Shown here piece by piece: positions 9,127-20,200 of a DNA stretch of 64,000 nt. How positions within the stretch are numbered: the first letter of the stretch is position 1; every line of letters begins with the position of its first letter. Position numbers and translations under genes: made by a program. The stretch comes from Savitreella phatthalungensis. Taxonomy: Eukaryota. Location: the NCBI GenBank assembly GCA_051599415.1, contig AP039692.1, positions 1-64,000 on the forward strand. Reading direction: 5' to 3'. Under the pieces are notes generated by a model that saw nothing but the letters and a program-made list of their open reading frames with translations, did not search any database and was not told the origin of the DNA.

Positions 9127-11103
9127 ATGCAGGACGAACGCGAGCAGTCGCGCAAGTTCGTCGGTGCTCTCAATCTTGACGCACAAGCAGATTTCAGACG
9201 CAGGTTCCAGCAGCGCAGTGAGTCGCAGCAGACCATCCTCGGCTCAGCCGCTCTACAAACTCCCACAAGCCTGCCACTACAGTCTCCAGCATTGTCGTAC
9301 GACATGATGAGCGGCATGAACTTGATACCTGCAAATCTGCTCACCCCCGGTATTCCTGGATATCACAACGCGCACTTCAACTTTGGCTATGGAAATCCAG
9401 CAGTTGCAGCCGCAGCTATGGCGGCGGCCGCAGCTGCGGCTGCTAGTGCTGCCCAAGCAGCAGGGTCAGGGATGGCAAGCGCTGGTCATCCACAGAGTCC
9501 GACTTCTGAGCATCCATACCTGAACGCTGGTACTTCGCCACTTGGTTCGCCTTCGACACAGCGAGCGCAGTACTTTCCCGCGCTGGCGCCGGCGCAGGCG
9601 TCGGCTCGCACCATTTACATTGGCAATCTTCCAGAGGATGTTCAAATTGACGAAGTAGTCTCGCTTATCAAGACCGGTCCCCTTGAAAACGTGCGCGTCC
9701 TCCCAGAAAAGAACTGTGCGTTCGTCAGCTTTATTGACGTCCATGGCGCCACACTCTTTCATACAGACGCATCTATGCGTAAGCCGGTCCTGCGCGACTG
9801 TGAGATCAAGGTCGGCTGGGGCAAGCCTTCGATCCTGCCCGCTGCTATCGCTGCCGCGATTCATCATCACGGCGCAACCCGCAACGTCTACCTGGGAAAC
9901 CTGACGCCAGGAACGACACAGAAGGAACTGCGCGACGACCTTCAACCGCGATTTGGTCCAATTGACTCCATCAAGATCGTTTCAGAGAAGAACATCGGTT
10001 TTGTACACTTCTGCAACATAAAAGACGCCATTCGATGCGTCGCCCAGCTGCCCCTAGACCCCGTCTGGCACGGGAAGCGCGTCAACTACGGGAAGGATAG
10101 GTGTGCGTATATCTCGAAGCAGCAGCAGACTGTACAGGCGCAAAACCAGGCGATTCTCGGCACTTTGTCGCTCGCACAGATGCAGGGCGGCGCCGCGGGA
10201 ATTTATCCACAACCGGCCTCGATCTCATCTGTGGCGACGCACGAAGATCCGAATTTCGGCAATCGCACCGTGTATCTTGGGAACATCCATCCGGAGACCA
10301 CGCTGGAGGAGATATGCAACGTGGTCCGGGGTGGGATACTTCACCACATCAGATACATTCCTGAAAAGCATATCTGCTTTGTCACTTTTGTCGATGCTCA
10401 GGCAGCCGTGGCTTTCGTTGCGCTTAGTGGCATGCAGGGTCTTGTCATACACAACAGACGCCTTAAGATCGGCTGGGGTAAGCACAGTGGACCCCTGCCC
10501 ACATCGATTGCGCTAGCAGTCGGCGCAGGTGCTTCGCGTAATGTATACGTCGGCAACATAGATGAAGACGTTACAGAAGCTCAGCTTCACGCAGATTTCG
10601 CAGAGTTCGGAGAGATCGAGCTTGTCAACACATTGCGCGAAAAGAGCTGTGCCTTCATCAATTTTACGCACCTGACCTCCGCCATCCGCGCCATCGAGGG
10701 CATCAAGCAGAAACCTGGTTACGCACAGCCTTCCAAGATCAAAATCAATTTCGGCAAAGATCGTTGTGGCAACCCGTCTCGCAAAATCCCCGGTATGGCC
10801 CCCGGACAGACCATGCCGAGCTCGCCTGGTGCCATGACGGCTGCCATGGCGGCTGCTATGGGTGTAGGGGCCACCTACCAGCCGCATCACCAACAGCATC
10901 AGCAGGCCCAACGGCGCGATCTCGATGCTCAAGATGCTGGCCAATACTTCGCGGGCAGTTACGTCGACGGCGATGACGCTGGCTATGCACCGGGCGGATA
11001 CGTCCCTCAAGATGCGTTGCCAGATGACCTCGTCGGAGGTTTATCCAGATTGCAGACTTCCGATTCGGAAGAGCGACCTATAGCTGCAGGCGCAGCGTCA
11101 TGA
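9127..11103 (+). CDS. nrd1: Four-RRM RNA-binding protein, S. pombe Nrd1/Msa2 - S. cerevisiae Mrn1 family
   Basis: Two RRM pairs: RTIYIGNL..KVGWGK, ATRNVYLGNL..NYGKDRC, NRTVYLGNI..KIGWGKHSG and ASRNVYVGNI..NFGKDRC. Confidence 0.9.
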   Translation: MQDEREQSRKFVGALNLDAQADFRRRFQQRSESQQTILGSAALQTPTSLPLQSPALSYDMMSGMNLIPANLLTPGIPGYHNAHFNFGYGNPAVAAAAMAAAAAAAASAAQAAGSGMASAGHPQSPTSEHPYLNAGTSPLGSPSTQRAQYFPALAPAQASARTIYIGNLPEDVQIDEVVSLIKTGPLENVRVLPEKNCAFVSFIDVHGATLFHTDASMRKPVLRDCEIKVGWGKPSILPAAIAAAIHHHGATRNVYLGNLTPGTTQKELRDDLQPRFGPIDSIKIVSEKNIGFVHFCNIKDAIRCVAQLPLDPVWHGKRVNYGKDRCAYISKQQQTVQAQNQAILGTLSLAQMQGGAAGIYPQPASISSVATHEDPNFGNRTVYLGNIHPETTLEEICNVVRGGILHHIRYIPEKHICFVTFVDAQAAVAFVALSGMQGLVIHNRRLKIGWGKHSGPLPTSIALAVGAGASRNVYVGNIDEDVTEAQLHADFAEFGEIELVNTLREKSCAFINFTHLTSAIRAIEGIKQKPGYAQPSKIKINFGKDRCGNPSRKIPGMAPGQTMPSSPGAMTAAMAAAMGVGATYQPHHQQHQQAQRRDLDAQDAGQYFAGSYVDGDDAGYAPGGYVPQDALPDDLVGGLSRLQTSDSEERPIAAGAAS

Positions 11104-11465
11104 CGATTCTCAGGGATACTAATACAGCCTTTTTCAAATCACCATGCATATAAATAAGTTCTTCTGCGCCAAAGCGTCAACGTCCATCTTGAGGAATACT
11201 GGATCTGACGACATGTGCTGCCGCCTTTTCGATTCGCACTATTCAGCATCTTCCTGATTGAGTGCTCGCGAGCAATTATCGGCGATGTTCAGCAGTCTGC
11301 CCTCCTCTCACGACCGCGCGCAAGTCCATGCCTTGCACAAGTAGACACACGCAAACACGCACAGATGCACACACACGCACGATTACACAAAAGCACGTTG
11401 CAGACGTGTCGTTGCATATATGCTTAGAGAATGGATATCGTCGGTGTCGTTGGTCATTGCGGAGA

Positions 11466-12377
11466 TTATGTCTGCGCCTTGAGCAGTCTTCTCTTGCCAA
11501 TCTGGGCCGAGAATCCTGTCTTGATGGCCTGTACGGAACGACGTGAATTACACTGCTCACAATCCAGGAAGAAGAGACGATTCTCTTTGACAAGAACAGT
11601 ATCCGGAGAACGGCAGGTCTTGCAGGTGACGTACTCCATGATGTAGCGCCGCAGGACTGTTTCGATCTGCTTCTGCTGGTAACGACCGCGAAGAATCAAG
11701 CGACCTGCACCGTCAATGGATCCGGTCGTGCCAAGCTCTGCATAGATGAAGGCAATAACGTGCTCTGAAGAACGATGCATGCGCTTGGCAATATCTGCAA
11801 GATTGGCGAAGCACGTCTTCTTACTGCCTTCGCGCTGCACGTTGGGCGGCACGATAGTGTATTTGCGCTTCTCTCCAGAGTCGGCGTCTGGATTATTTGC
11901 CCGATGAACTTTGAACAGCCGGCCGAGAAGCTCTTTGTAAGAATAGTCGCGATCCGAGTTGAGCCATGGCTCTCCGGCCGACTCATTCTGTCCGTCAAGA
12001 TCTGCTGCCGCATCTGTCGTTGTAACTTCATTCTGATCATCATCGTCCCCGTCTTGTTCGGCGGTGCCAAGCTCGGCCTCGAAAGCGCTTGTGTCGACTT
12101 TCTTCTTCTTCTTCTTCTTGGCTGTGAAATCGAAGTCACTCAAATCTGCGACGGAGGAGCTTGTTGGCGCTGTCTGCGATGTCAGATCTTCGACTGGTTG
12201 TGGCTCCTCTAGCGTGGTGTCCTTAACCTTGTTGGAAAGGTCCAGCACATCGTCGCCGTCGCCAGCTTCCAGAAGATTCTCTTCGTCAGCGTTGAATGCG
12301 ACCTTCTTCTTGCTCTTCTTCTTCTTTGCTGTTGGATCGAACGCGAACTCGTCCGCCGGTTTCTCGACGTCACTCAT
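11466..12377 (-). CDS. SUI3: Translation initiation factor eIF2 beta
   Basis: Poly-Lys boxes, [24 protein letters not shown] and C2-C2 zinc ribbon CKTC...CEQC. Likely ATG at 12377. Confidence 0.97.
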   Translation of the reverse strand: MSDVEKPADEFAFDPTAKKKKSKKKVAFNADEENLLEAGDGDDVLDLSNKVKDTTLEEPQPVEDLTSQTAPTSSSVADLSDFDFTAKKKKKKKVDTSAFEAELGTAEQDGDDDDQNEVTTTDAAADLDGQNESAGEPWLNSDRDYSYKELLGRLFKVHRANNPDADSGEKRKYTIVPPNVQREGSKKTCFANLADIAKRMHRSSEHVIAFIYAELGTTGSIDGAGRLILRGRYQQKQIETVLRRYIMEYVTCKTCRSPDTVLVKENRLFFLDCEQCNSRRSVQAIKTGFSAQIGKRRLLKAQT

Positions 12378-12495
12378 GATCGAGAAGGGGTCCGGTTTGC
12401 GTGTGTAATGTATGTCGGCATATGCGTGTGCCATATTTCTTTTGTACATATCGTGAGTCGAACAAGTTCGACGAGTTCGACGGGATTTTTTCGAA

Positions 12496-12503
12496 TCACG
12501 TGA
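12496..12503. promoter_or_regulatory. E-box TCACGTGA in the eIF2-beta / DUF4385 divergent promoter
   Basis: Perfect bHLH (Cbf1/Tye7-type) palindrome. The same 8-mer occurs at 43836 and 50628. Confidence 0.4.
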
Positions 12504-12629
12504 CTGACTGTCCTGAATCTACGAATATCTGGGCAGCCTCCACATTGCCTCCAGATGGTGTCGTCAAGGCTACCGTATATGTCTAGGACTATGCTTCGTC
12601 GATCAAGTGTTTCTTGCCATGGACATTGA

Positions 12630-13136
12630 ATGACGCGGCGCTCTGTAAAGCAGGCGAAGGCTGGACTCGCATTTGACTATTCACTCGACTTCAGTAAGGT
12701 CGATTTCCGCGCTCAACCTGAGCTGTACCGGATAGGCAAAGGCGAGCAAGGCGTCCTCTCCTGCGAGCCTTACAAAAGCGAAATATTGCCGCTCTGGCGC
12801 TTCTCCAAACCCGAGATCGCGCGGCGGTCAAGCACGCGACTCGAGGACAAGTTCAAGGCCTACCTGGCGGATGATGACTTTGTCGGCGCAGACATGACGA
12901 GGAAGTTCATTCAAATGGGCGTGACAAGAGCACGGCGTTATGCGAATTGGAAAGGTGGTCGCAAGTATACAGGGGAAACGGATGAAAAGGGACGTCGAGT
13001 CAAACATGACCGAGGGCCCGAAGATCCGATCAAGGCAGAAAGCGCTCGAATCTTTGGTGTGGTTCTTGCGAGGGTGCAAGCGGATGAAAAATACAAATCG
13101 CTCGCCGAGCGTCACATCGCAGAAGTTGAGAGATAG
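12630..13136 (+). CDS. DUF4385 family protein
   Basis: Signature YRIGKGEQGVL.CEPYKSEILPLWRF...DFVGADMTRKFIQMG.TRARRYAN.KGGRKY. Confidence 0.88.
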   Translation: MTRRSVKQAKAGLAFDYSLDFSKVDFRAQPELYRIGKGEQGVLSCEPYKSEILPLWRFSKPEIARRSSTRLEDKFKAYLADDDFVGADMTRKFIQMGVTRARRYANWKGGRKYTGETDEKGRRVKHDRGPEDPIKAESARIFGVVLARVQADEKYKSLAERHIAEVER

Positions 13137-13155
13137 CGCATCGATTCATTTCCAT

Positions 13156-13803
13156 TCATGGCGTATAGCCCCAGTTATCGCGGAGCTCGGCTTGTACAGT
13201 GCGCAGGGCACGCTTTTTGTCTGACCACTTGCGCCGGTCGGTCGCATGTTTAGCGTCGCGCTCCTCGCGAGCTCCCTTCGCGGCGGGCGCGACGAGTGAG
13301 ACGAATAGAGTCGAACAACCATATTTGCGTGCCAACGCATTGATCGACGCGCCACTTTCTCGAGCAGCGCGAAGCTCTTCGATTTGCCCGGCGCTCAGCA
13401 CTGGCCGTTCGATTTTTGGATTCAAAGCCGGTGGTAAGGGCGCATCTGCCGGCAGTGTATACCGTGTGTCTGCTCCTGTGAACAGATCTGAACGCATATG
13501 AAGCGGGATGAACGGTGGGGGCGTGACGAGTGGATCCATCAGTGAGGCCGGTGGATTGTATGCGATCCGAGTTTGAGTTGCCTCGTCCTTGGCCAGCTCG
13601 ATGCCCTCAGGAAGCGGTCGCATCTTTGGGACGCGCTGCTGGCGCGGCTTGACCCTCCCCCAGCCATTCAAAATGGACTTCTTGGGTCTCAACGGCATTC
13701 TCAATCGGGCTCTTCGTCTTACAGTCGGTAGTCGTCCGAGGAATTTTATCGTTATGGCTCTCAGCCTGCACCTGAAGCGTCCACATTCGGGTTTCTCGCC
13801 CAT
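13156..13803 (-). CDS. MRPL20: Mitochondrial large ribosomal subunit protein mL58 (MRP-L20 family); start codon uncertain
   Basis: YNPPAS..TPPPFIP, LPPAL, LS..QIEELR..R....ALARKYGCS.LFV and an Arg-rich N-terminus. Confidence 0.82.
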   Translation of the reverse strand: MGEKPECGRFRCRLRAITIKFLGRLPTVRRRARLRMPLRPKKSILNGWGRVKPRQQRVPKMRPLPEGIELAKDEATQTRIAYNPPASLMDPLVTPPPFIPLHMRSDLFTGADTRYTLPADAPLPPALNPKIERPVLSAGQIEELRAARESGASINALARKYGCSTLFVSLVAPAAKGAREERDAKHATDRRKWSDKKRALRTVQAELRDNWGYTP

Positions 13804-13969
13804 GAGTGCCTAAATCTAGATGCAGATATAAATTATATCAGAGACATATATGATCAATTGAGCGGCGCAACGCTGTCAAGCTGAGTTACATTCAACATGT
13901 CAACACGTGCATTGTTGATTCCAAGACTTTGAAGTCCGTCCGGTACAAAGCGGCGTCCCAGGTACGCTC

Positions 13970-16063
13970 ATGGTCAAGCAGCACATTAGCTTTGGAGATG
14001 AGACTGAGGATGCGGTCGAGAGATTGCTCAATGATGCAGTCACGGCAGTCGACTCAAAGGTAGACAGTCGACCGTCAGCCAAGCGCAAACGTGCTGTCGA
14101 CTTCTTCGACGATCACAAAGTCGAACCGTCTCATACACGGCCTGCCAGAGATGCTATCACTCTGGCTCGCCGAGCATTACCCATCGCACAGCATGAGGAG
14201 CTGGTGTGTTCAACGGTACGACACAATAACGTCGTGATTCTCGTGGGAGAGACCGGTTCTGGAAAGTCAACTCAGGTTCCACAATTTCTCCTGCGTGATT
14301 ATGAGGGAGCCATTGCTGTGACACAACCCAGGCGCGTAGCAGCGATCAATCTTGCACGGCGCGTAGCTGACGAGATGGATGTGGAACTCGGCGGTCAAGT
14401 CGGCTACAGCGTTCGTTTTGACGATCGCACCTCCAAGGCTACCCGGCTCAAATACCTCACAGATGGTATGCTTCTAATAGAGCTGCTTAAAGATCCTATG
14501 CTCAGTAATTATTCTGTTGTCGTACTTGATGAGGCACACGAGCGTTCGCTTGTTACAGACCTCCTCCTAGGCTTCATGAAGGCACTCCTGCGCAAACGCA
14601 TAGGTCTCCGGCTCGTGGTCATGTCCGCCACTCTCGACGCAGATTCCTTCAGCCGATTCTTTGACGATGCAGAAATACTTCAGATTCCTGGGCGGATGTT
14701 CGACGTACAGCTCATGTACACGGCTGCCCCATTGGAGGATTACGCTGACGCTGTGCTGAAGACCATCTTTCAGGTGCATCTCGGGGAACCGACTGGCGAC
14801 CTCCTCGTTTTCCTCACAGGCAGCGACGAAATTGAGCGACTAGTGACTTTGTGCGAGATGTATGCGAGACAGTTGCCGAAAGGGGCACTGCGCATGTTGC
14901 CATTACCATTGTATGCGGCCTTGACTCAGCAGCAACAGCAACGCGTATTTGAGCCGACCCCGAAAGGGACTCGCAAGATTATCCTTTCAACGAATATAGC
15001 GGAGACATCCGTGACTGTCCCAGGCGTGCGCTACGTGATAGACTGCGGTCTGCAAAAGCAGAAGAGCTATCATAGCAAGGTTGGATTCGAGGAGCTCAAA
15101 ATCGTGCCACTGGCAAGATCGAATGCAGATCAGCGCGCTGGTCGTGCAGGACGAGAGGCACCTGGTAAATGCTGGCGCCTCTACACGGAGGAGACGTACG
15201 CCCGACTGCCGTCCGTCGGCGTGCCGGAAATTCGGCGCGTGGGTCTCGCGCAGTCCGTGCTCTGGCTCAAGGTTCGTGGAGTCGACGATGTGCTCGGATT
15301 CGACTTTCTTGACCCTCCCTCCAGAGATGCCGTCATTCGTGCTATGGAGCAGCTGTACGCGCTTGGCGCCCTCGACGATAGCGGAAAAGTCACAAGCATA
15401 GGCCGGGAAATGTCGACTTTCCCCCTGGAGCCGCGGCTCGCTCGCGTGCTGAATGCTGCCACGGGTGAAGACTGTGTCGATGCAGTGATCGATATCATCT
15501 CCGCGCTGTCGGTGGATGGACTTTTTGTCGATCGTGCGGATCAACGTGAAGCTGTTGCCGAAGCACGGAAGCGTTTCGAGTCGATTCATGGAGATCACAT
15601 AACGTACTTGAATGTCATTCGCGCGTATGTGGCCGTCGAGGGTGAGGCGCGACGAGGCGAGTGGGCCCGAGACAACCAGCTCAACAGACGTACAATGAAG
15701 CTTGTCGCCGATACCCGAGATCAGTTGCAGAGGCATGTGCGGCGAGTACATAGCCCGTTGATGAGCGATGACGGTGATGGCGACCTAGCAGAGCGCGTCT
15801 TACGAGCTTTCCTGACAGGTTTCTCCGGCTCGACAGCTTTCCTGTCTCCCGATGGGTCGTACCGCACGACCGGCGGCAATCAGGCTGTTGCGCCGCATCC
15901 TTCCAGTGCCATGCACGGCCGCAAGTGCGAGGCGATTCTCTTTAGCGAGAGCATTCTTACAACCCGGCTCTGGGTACGCGGTGTTTCGAAGGTCGAACCT
16001 AGCTGGATACGCGATGCAGCGCCGCAGTGGACGGGCCGACGCTCGACGACAATCAGTTCTTGA
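13970..16063 (+). CDS. DHR2: DEAH-box RNA helicase, Dhr2/Prh1 (DHX33-like)
   Basis: GETGSGKST, TQPRRVAA, DEAH, SAT, STNIAETSVT, QRAGRAGR, HA2 and OB regions, with a short N-terminus. Confidence 0.88.
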   Translation: MVKQHISFGDETEDAVERLLNDAVTAVDSKVDSRPSAKRKRAVDFFDDHKVEPSHTRPARDAITLARRALPIAQHEELVCSTVRHNNVVILVGETGSGKSTQVPQFLLRDYEGAIAVTQPRRVAAINLARRVADEMDVELGGQVGYSVRFDDRTSKATRLKYLTDGMLLIELLKDPMLSNYSVVVLDEAHERSLVTDLLLGFMKALLRKRIGLRLVVMSATLDADSFSRFFDDAEILQIPGRMFDVQLMYTAAPLEDYADAVLKTIFQVHLGEPTGDLLVFLTGSDEIERLVTLCEMYARQLPKGALRMLPLPLYAALTQQQQQRVFEPTPKGTRKIILSTNIAETSVTVPGVRYVIDCGLQKQKSYHSKVGFEELKIVPLARSNADQRAGRAGREAPGKCWRLYTEETYARLPSVGVPEIRRVGLAQSVLWLKVRGVDDVLGFDFLDPPSRDAVIRAMEQLYALGALDDSGKVTSIGREMSTFPLEPRLARVLNAATGEDCVDAVIDIISALSVDGLFVDRADQREAVAEARKRFESIHGDHITYLNVIRAYVAVEGEARRGEWARDNQLNRRTMKLVADTRDQLQRHVRRVHSPLMSDDGDGDLAERVLRAFLTGFSGSTAFLSPDGSYRTTGGNQAVAPHPSSAMHGRKCEAILFSESILTTRLWVRGVSKVEPSWIRDAAPQWTGRRSTTISS

Positions 16064-16799
16064 GGATGCCGATGATCTCATCAAGATTTTTGACAACATG
16101 GCTGGGTTCATGCTCATTGACGAGCTCGCTGTTGAATTCGTTCAGGACAAGTACGGTGTCGAGCCCAGCAGCCTTGCCAGCTTTCAGATCGTCCGCACCG
16201 TCGCCGATCATGCAGCAGTCTTTTGGAGACAAACCCCATTGTCGAAGGATGTACAAAAGTGGCTCTGCCGACGGTTTTGGTGGCTCATACTCGCGTGTGA
16301 GCACAGGATAAATGCGATCGCGATCGGCGCTTAGAAAGGTGGACAGAAGATGCTTTACCGGCTCCTGGAAATTGCGCGTGCATATCGCGATTCTGACACC
16401 ATGACTCTGTGCCGAGTCTGCAGCCTGGACCGGCGAGACTGAACTGCCTGCCGCTGTGCCGTCTGTGTTTGTAGCTCTCCCGATGTCGCCTCGCACGATC
16501 GGTCCGGGGTGCTCGCGTAGGAAAGACATCAAAGTCTCTAGACCCGGCTGAATCTTCATGTCTTTCATTGCGTCCCGCTCAATTTGCTCGATCTTTTGAT
16601 GAGCTGCTTGCTGTTTGGTCGTGTCCTGGATAGACTTTATGTGCCCTAGGATGTCTTGCGATTTGTCGATACCTAAAGCATCGCGCATCCTCTTGAACAT
16701 GTAGTTCTGAGGCAGCGTTAGGGTGCCGTCCATGTCGAAGATCAGTCCAAGGTATCTCAGTCGTCGTGACATGCTTGTAATTGGCTTTGATGGAGTCAT
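16053..16799 (-). CDS. HAD-superfamily hydrolase (YOR131C-like)
   Basis: Motif I FDMDGTL, CTRN, PKPS.EP and MIGD..DD. The 3' end overlaps the helicase 3' end by 11 nt. Confidence 0.92.
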   Translation of the reverse strand: MTPSKPITSMSRRLRYLGLIFDMDGTLTLPQNYMFKRMRDALGIDKSQDILGHIKSIQDTTKQQAAHQKIEQIERDAMKDMKIQPGLETLMSFLREHPGPIVRGDIGRATNTDGTAAGSSVSPVQAADSAQSHGVRIAICTRNFQEPVKHLLSTFLSADRDRIYPVLTREYEPPKPSAEPLLYILRQWGLSPKDCCMIGDGADDLKAGKAAGLDTVLVLNEFNSELVNEHEPSHVVKNLDEIIGILKN

Positions 16800-16916
16800 C
16801 CGTGTTGTCCAACCCTCTTGATGTCATTTCCTCAGAGACCTGAGGTGTACGGATCATTCGATCATGGTTTTCAATTCTCTTATTCATGTATTATACTGCA
16901 TCGTGGATATGGCATA

Positions 16917-16998
16917 GGTCCAATGGCCGAGAGGTAAGGCGCTATCTTTGGGTTTGCTCATATGGTAGAGATCGGGCGTTCAAACCGCTCTTGGACCC
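16917..16998 (+). tRNA. tRNA-Pro(UGG) with a 10-nt intron (16953-16962)
   Basis: Acceptor stem GGTCCAA/TTGGACC with discriminator C. D-arm GCCG-AGAGGTA-AGGC. Anticodon stem CTATC/GGTAG with loop TT-TGG-G^T. T-arm GGGCG-TTCAAAC-CGCTC. Confidence 0.9.
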
Positions 16999-17008
16999 TT
17001 TTTTTTTT
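16999..17008 (+). terminator. RNA polymerase III terminator (oligo-T) of the tRNA
   Basis: T10 run immediately after the tRNA 3' end. Confidence 0.85.
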
Positions 17009-17183
17009 GGTCCTTTTTTCGACCCTATCCTCATGAAGGAAGGTCGAAGCGTGTTTCTTCACTCGCAGCTCTAAAATCAGTTAATTCCGATCGAGTGCTG
17101 CAACTCAATTGATCGATTCGTTCAATATTTACATATGCAGTATACTGACTTTGGTTTTGGCGTCATTGCATTTAATTAGGTGT

Positions 17184-17224
17184 ACGCGTGCGGGCGCGTC
17201 TCAAGAGGTGAGCAAGCAACGCGA
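17184..17224. promoter_or_regulatory. MCB-like elements upstream of PDS5
   Basis: ACGCGT at 17184, GCGCGT at 17194 and ACGCGA at 17219, all within 75 nt of the ATG. Cohesion genes are typical MBF (G1/S) targets in yeasts. Confidence 0.5.
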
Positions 17225-17256
17225 CTGACTTCTAGGTCATCGGGACAATCGATTTG

Positions 17257-20200
17257 ATGCCCTCTGTCGCGGAGGCCATGTCGAGGGCTGGGTCCTCTGC
17301 ATCATCCTCCTTTACCGGCAAAGGCACCGCAAACGATCTGGTCGTTCAGTTGAAAGGCTTGCACCAGCGCCTGGCGGAACAGGAGCAGGAAGAGGCTGAT
17401 CCGGGAGAGTTGCGCGCACTTGCGCGGAAGCTTGTCAACGCGGCTGTCTTGACACACAAGAATCGTGATGTTCAAGCTTATGCGGCTTGCTGCGTGGCCG
17501 ATGTGCTTCGGCTTGCGGCGCCTGATGCGCCTTTCGATCAGGCTCAGATGCGAACCATCTTCGAATGTTTCGTCAGACAGCTCAAGAACTTGGGAAAGGA
17601 CGATGGTCATAGCGAGCAGGCCACATTGGCATCTTTCCTCCTCGGGAGTCTTGACGAGGTCGAGTCAATTGTACTTATGTGCGACATTGGCGACAGGCAA
17701 GAGGTCCTTATGGTAGACCTCTTTACAACATTCTTTGACCTCGCAGCAACGCAAGCGCTGCGCAAGAATGTCGAGGCACACATGATTGGAGTTATGCGCC
17801 AGCTTGTTGACGAGGCACCGGCGATACCAGAAGAGCTTCTCAACGTTCTGCTTGCACAATTCATGAGGAGAACAGCGACCCAAGGGGGTATTGCAGCTTT
17901 CATGCGCGATTCTGCGTGCGACATGGCTGCTCAGGTCATGTCGCTTTGCGCGGAAAGGCTACAACGCAACGTGTGTGCATATTTCTCGGATATCATCTCA
18001 ACGGCGAGGGACGAACACGGGGAGGAGCACAACGAGCGTGAGCTCAAACGTGCCCATGAGCTCGTCCTGCAATTGTGGATCCGAGCGCCTGCGGTCCTAC
18101 AAAACGTTGTGCCGGCCCTCGAGGCCGAGATGCAGGTAGAGTCACCCACGCTGCGGGCTCTTGCCGTGCAGACGGTTGGGCTCATGCTCGCAAGCGACAA
18201 CGGTCATCGGCTCATGGCGGAGCATGACGCATGCTGGCGCACATGGGTTGGGCGGCGAAACGACAGACATGTTCAGGTCCGCTTGCCGTGGATCTCGAGC
18301 ATAGGCCACATACTGCGCGCGCCTGCAGGCGCGATACGGCAGCCGGACGTGGAGAAGATGTGCGTTGAGGCGTTGTCAACACGTCTGATCGACCTCGACG
18401 AGCGCGTTAGGGCAGCAGCGTGTGGCGTGATTGAGAGTCTGGACTACGAGATCGTCAAGCAGCGCCTGTCTGCAACCGTCTTGAAGCAGTATTCGGAGCG
18501 CTGCCGCGACAAAAAGCATGCTGCTCAAGCCGCTGCTCTCTCACACATAGGGAAACTTTTCGACCGCGCCGCACCGGAGCTGATAGAGGGCAATACTATC
18601 GCACTTGACAAATTCGCCCACATCCCCAACTCCGTTGTGCACTGTATCTATGTCAACGACAAGGCCCTTAACGCTTTGCTTGAGAAGGCGCTGCTGCAAG
18701 ATATCCTCAAGGCATCGCTCGAGGATGATGAAGCGCGGGCCGAGCGTTTGATGCTGACAGTAAGCCTGTTGGACGAGCGAGGTCGAAGAGCCCTGTTTGC
18801 CGTCTTGGGAAATCGGCAGATTGGCAACGCGAAGCTCGTCCGTGCAATTCTGCAGCTGACCGGGACAGACGACGCCGTCAAGCGGACAGGCGCCATCAGG
18901 ATCGCCGCGGAGTCTACCGGGGATGTTGAAGGCGCAGAGCGAGCGCTGAATGTCGTCTTCGACTCGCAAGACAAGCGACTTCTTAGGCTGATCGGCGACG
19001 CTACCGATCGCAACGCATCTGCCAGCACGGTCCGTCGGGCTATCAAGGAAGCTGTGCGCCGCGCGCAGGACTCATTCGGCGAAGCAGTGGCGGATATTCT
19101 TGCAGTCATCCTTCGACGGTCCGCTTTCAGCATCTTTAATCGGGATATCGTCTCGTCATTGACCTCCGCCGCACGTCGATCTCATTGGGTAGACGTGGCG
19201 GAGCTTTGCCTTCAAGAGATCACAAAGAGTCATCCCTTCGTCTTCAAGGCTAACACGGATGACCTCATCCGTGATCTCATCCGAGATCCGTTGTCGAGCA
19301 GCAAGCCCACACTCAAATCGATTGCAACCATCGTTGTCGCTTATCCGGAGGACATTCCTCGGACAGACGCGTTGCTGGGCGCAGTAGAGAAGCTTATGCG
19401 CGAAGGCACGCCAGCTCAGGCTAAGCAAGCAACAAGTATCTTTGCTCGACTGGCCACCGTTGAGCAGTGCACAACTGCCGTGGACCGCATTGTCGACAAC
19501 ATCGCCTTTGGCTCTGAAACGTTTCTTGGTGAGCTCTGCGTACTGATGCAGATCTCCTTGCTCGTGCCCGCGGCCATAGCGGCGCGGAATGATGAGATCC
19601 AACGCTTCTGTCTTCAGGAAGTCTTGATGAAGAATCGAACAGATGCCACGGTTCGCGGCAATGATGACGAGCCTGAATGGGCCTCAGATGATCTACTGGA
19701 TCCAGAGATCGAAGCCAAGGTCCTCGCTGTTCGAGTGCTCTGCAATCGGGTCAGAGCTTACTCAGCCGAGCCGCAAGCAATTGAGTTAGCCACACCGGTG
19801 TTCAAATTGCTTCGACGGATGGTCGCAAACATGGGTGAGCTCTCTGGGGCCGACGCCACCCCGCTTCATCATCGCTCTCATCTACGTCTGGAGTGCGCGA
19901 AGCAGACGTTGAAGCTCGTGCAAGCGCCTGCACTGGACTCGCTAGTATCGAGCCTCGAGTTCATCACTCTAGCCGTCATGGCGCAAGATCCTGTCGCTGA
20001 GGTACGCCGCAGATTTTTGGCACGACTGTACAAAACCTTACGGATCACTTCGACGCCGTTGCGCTACAACTGCATTCTCTTTTTGGCCGCACATGAACCC
20101 AACGCTGACTTACAGAATCAGGTCAGACGATGGATACTGTCTCTCGCGGCTGAGAAGTCCAGTACCTACCGCATGGAACAGATGGCTCCCCGGCTCGTAT

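Noticed and set aside
16400..16510. Possible in-frame intron explaining a ~35-aa insertion in the HAD hydrolase
   Set aside because: There is no convincing branch point and the frame is open, so I treated it as a loop insertion.
16941..16968. Alternative tRNA-Gln(UUG) reading
   Set aside because: It needs a weaker shifted anticodon stem and non-standard arm spacing. The Pro(UGG) fold is canonical.
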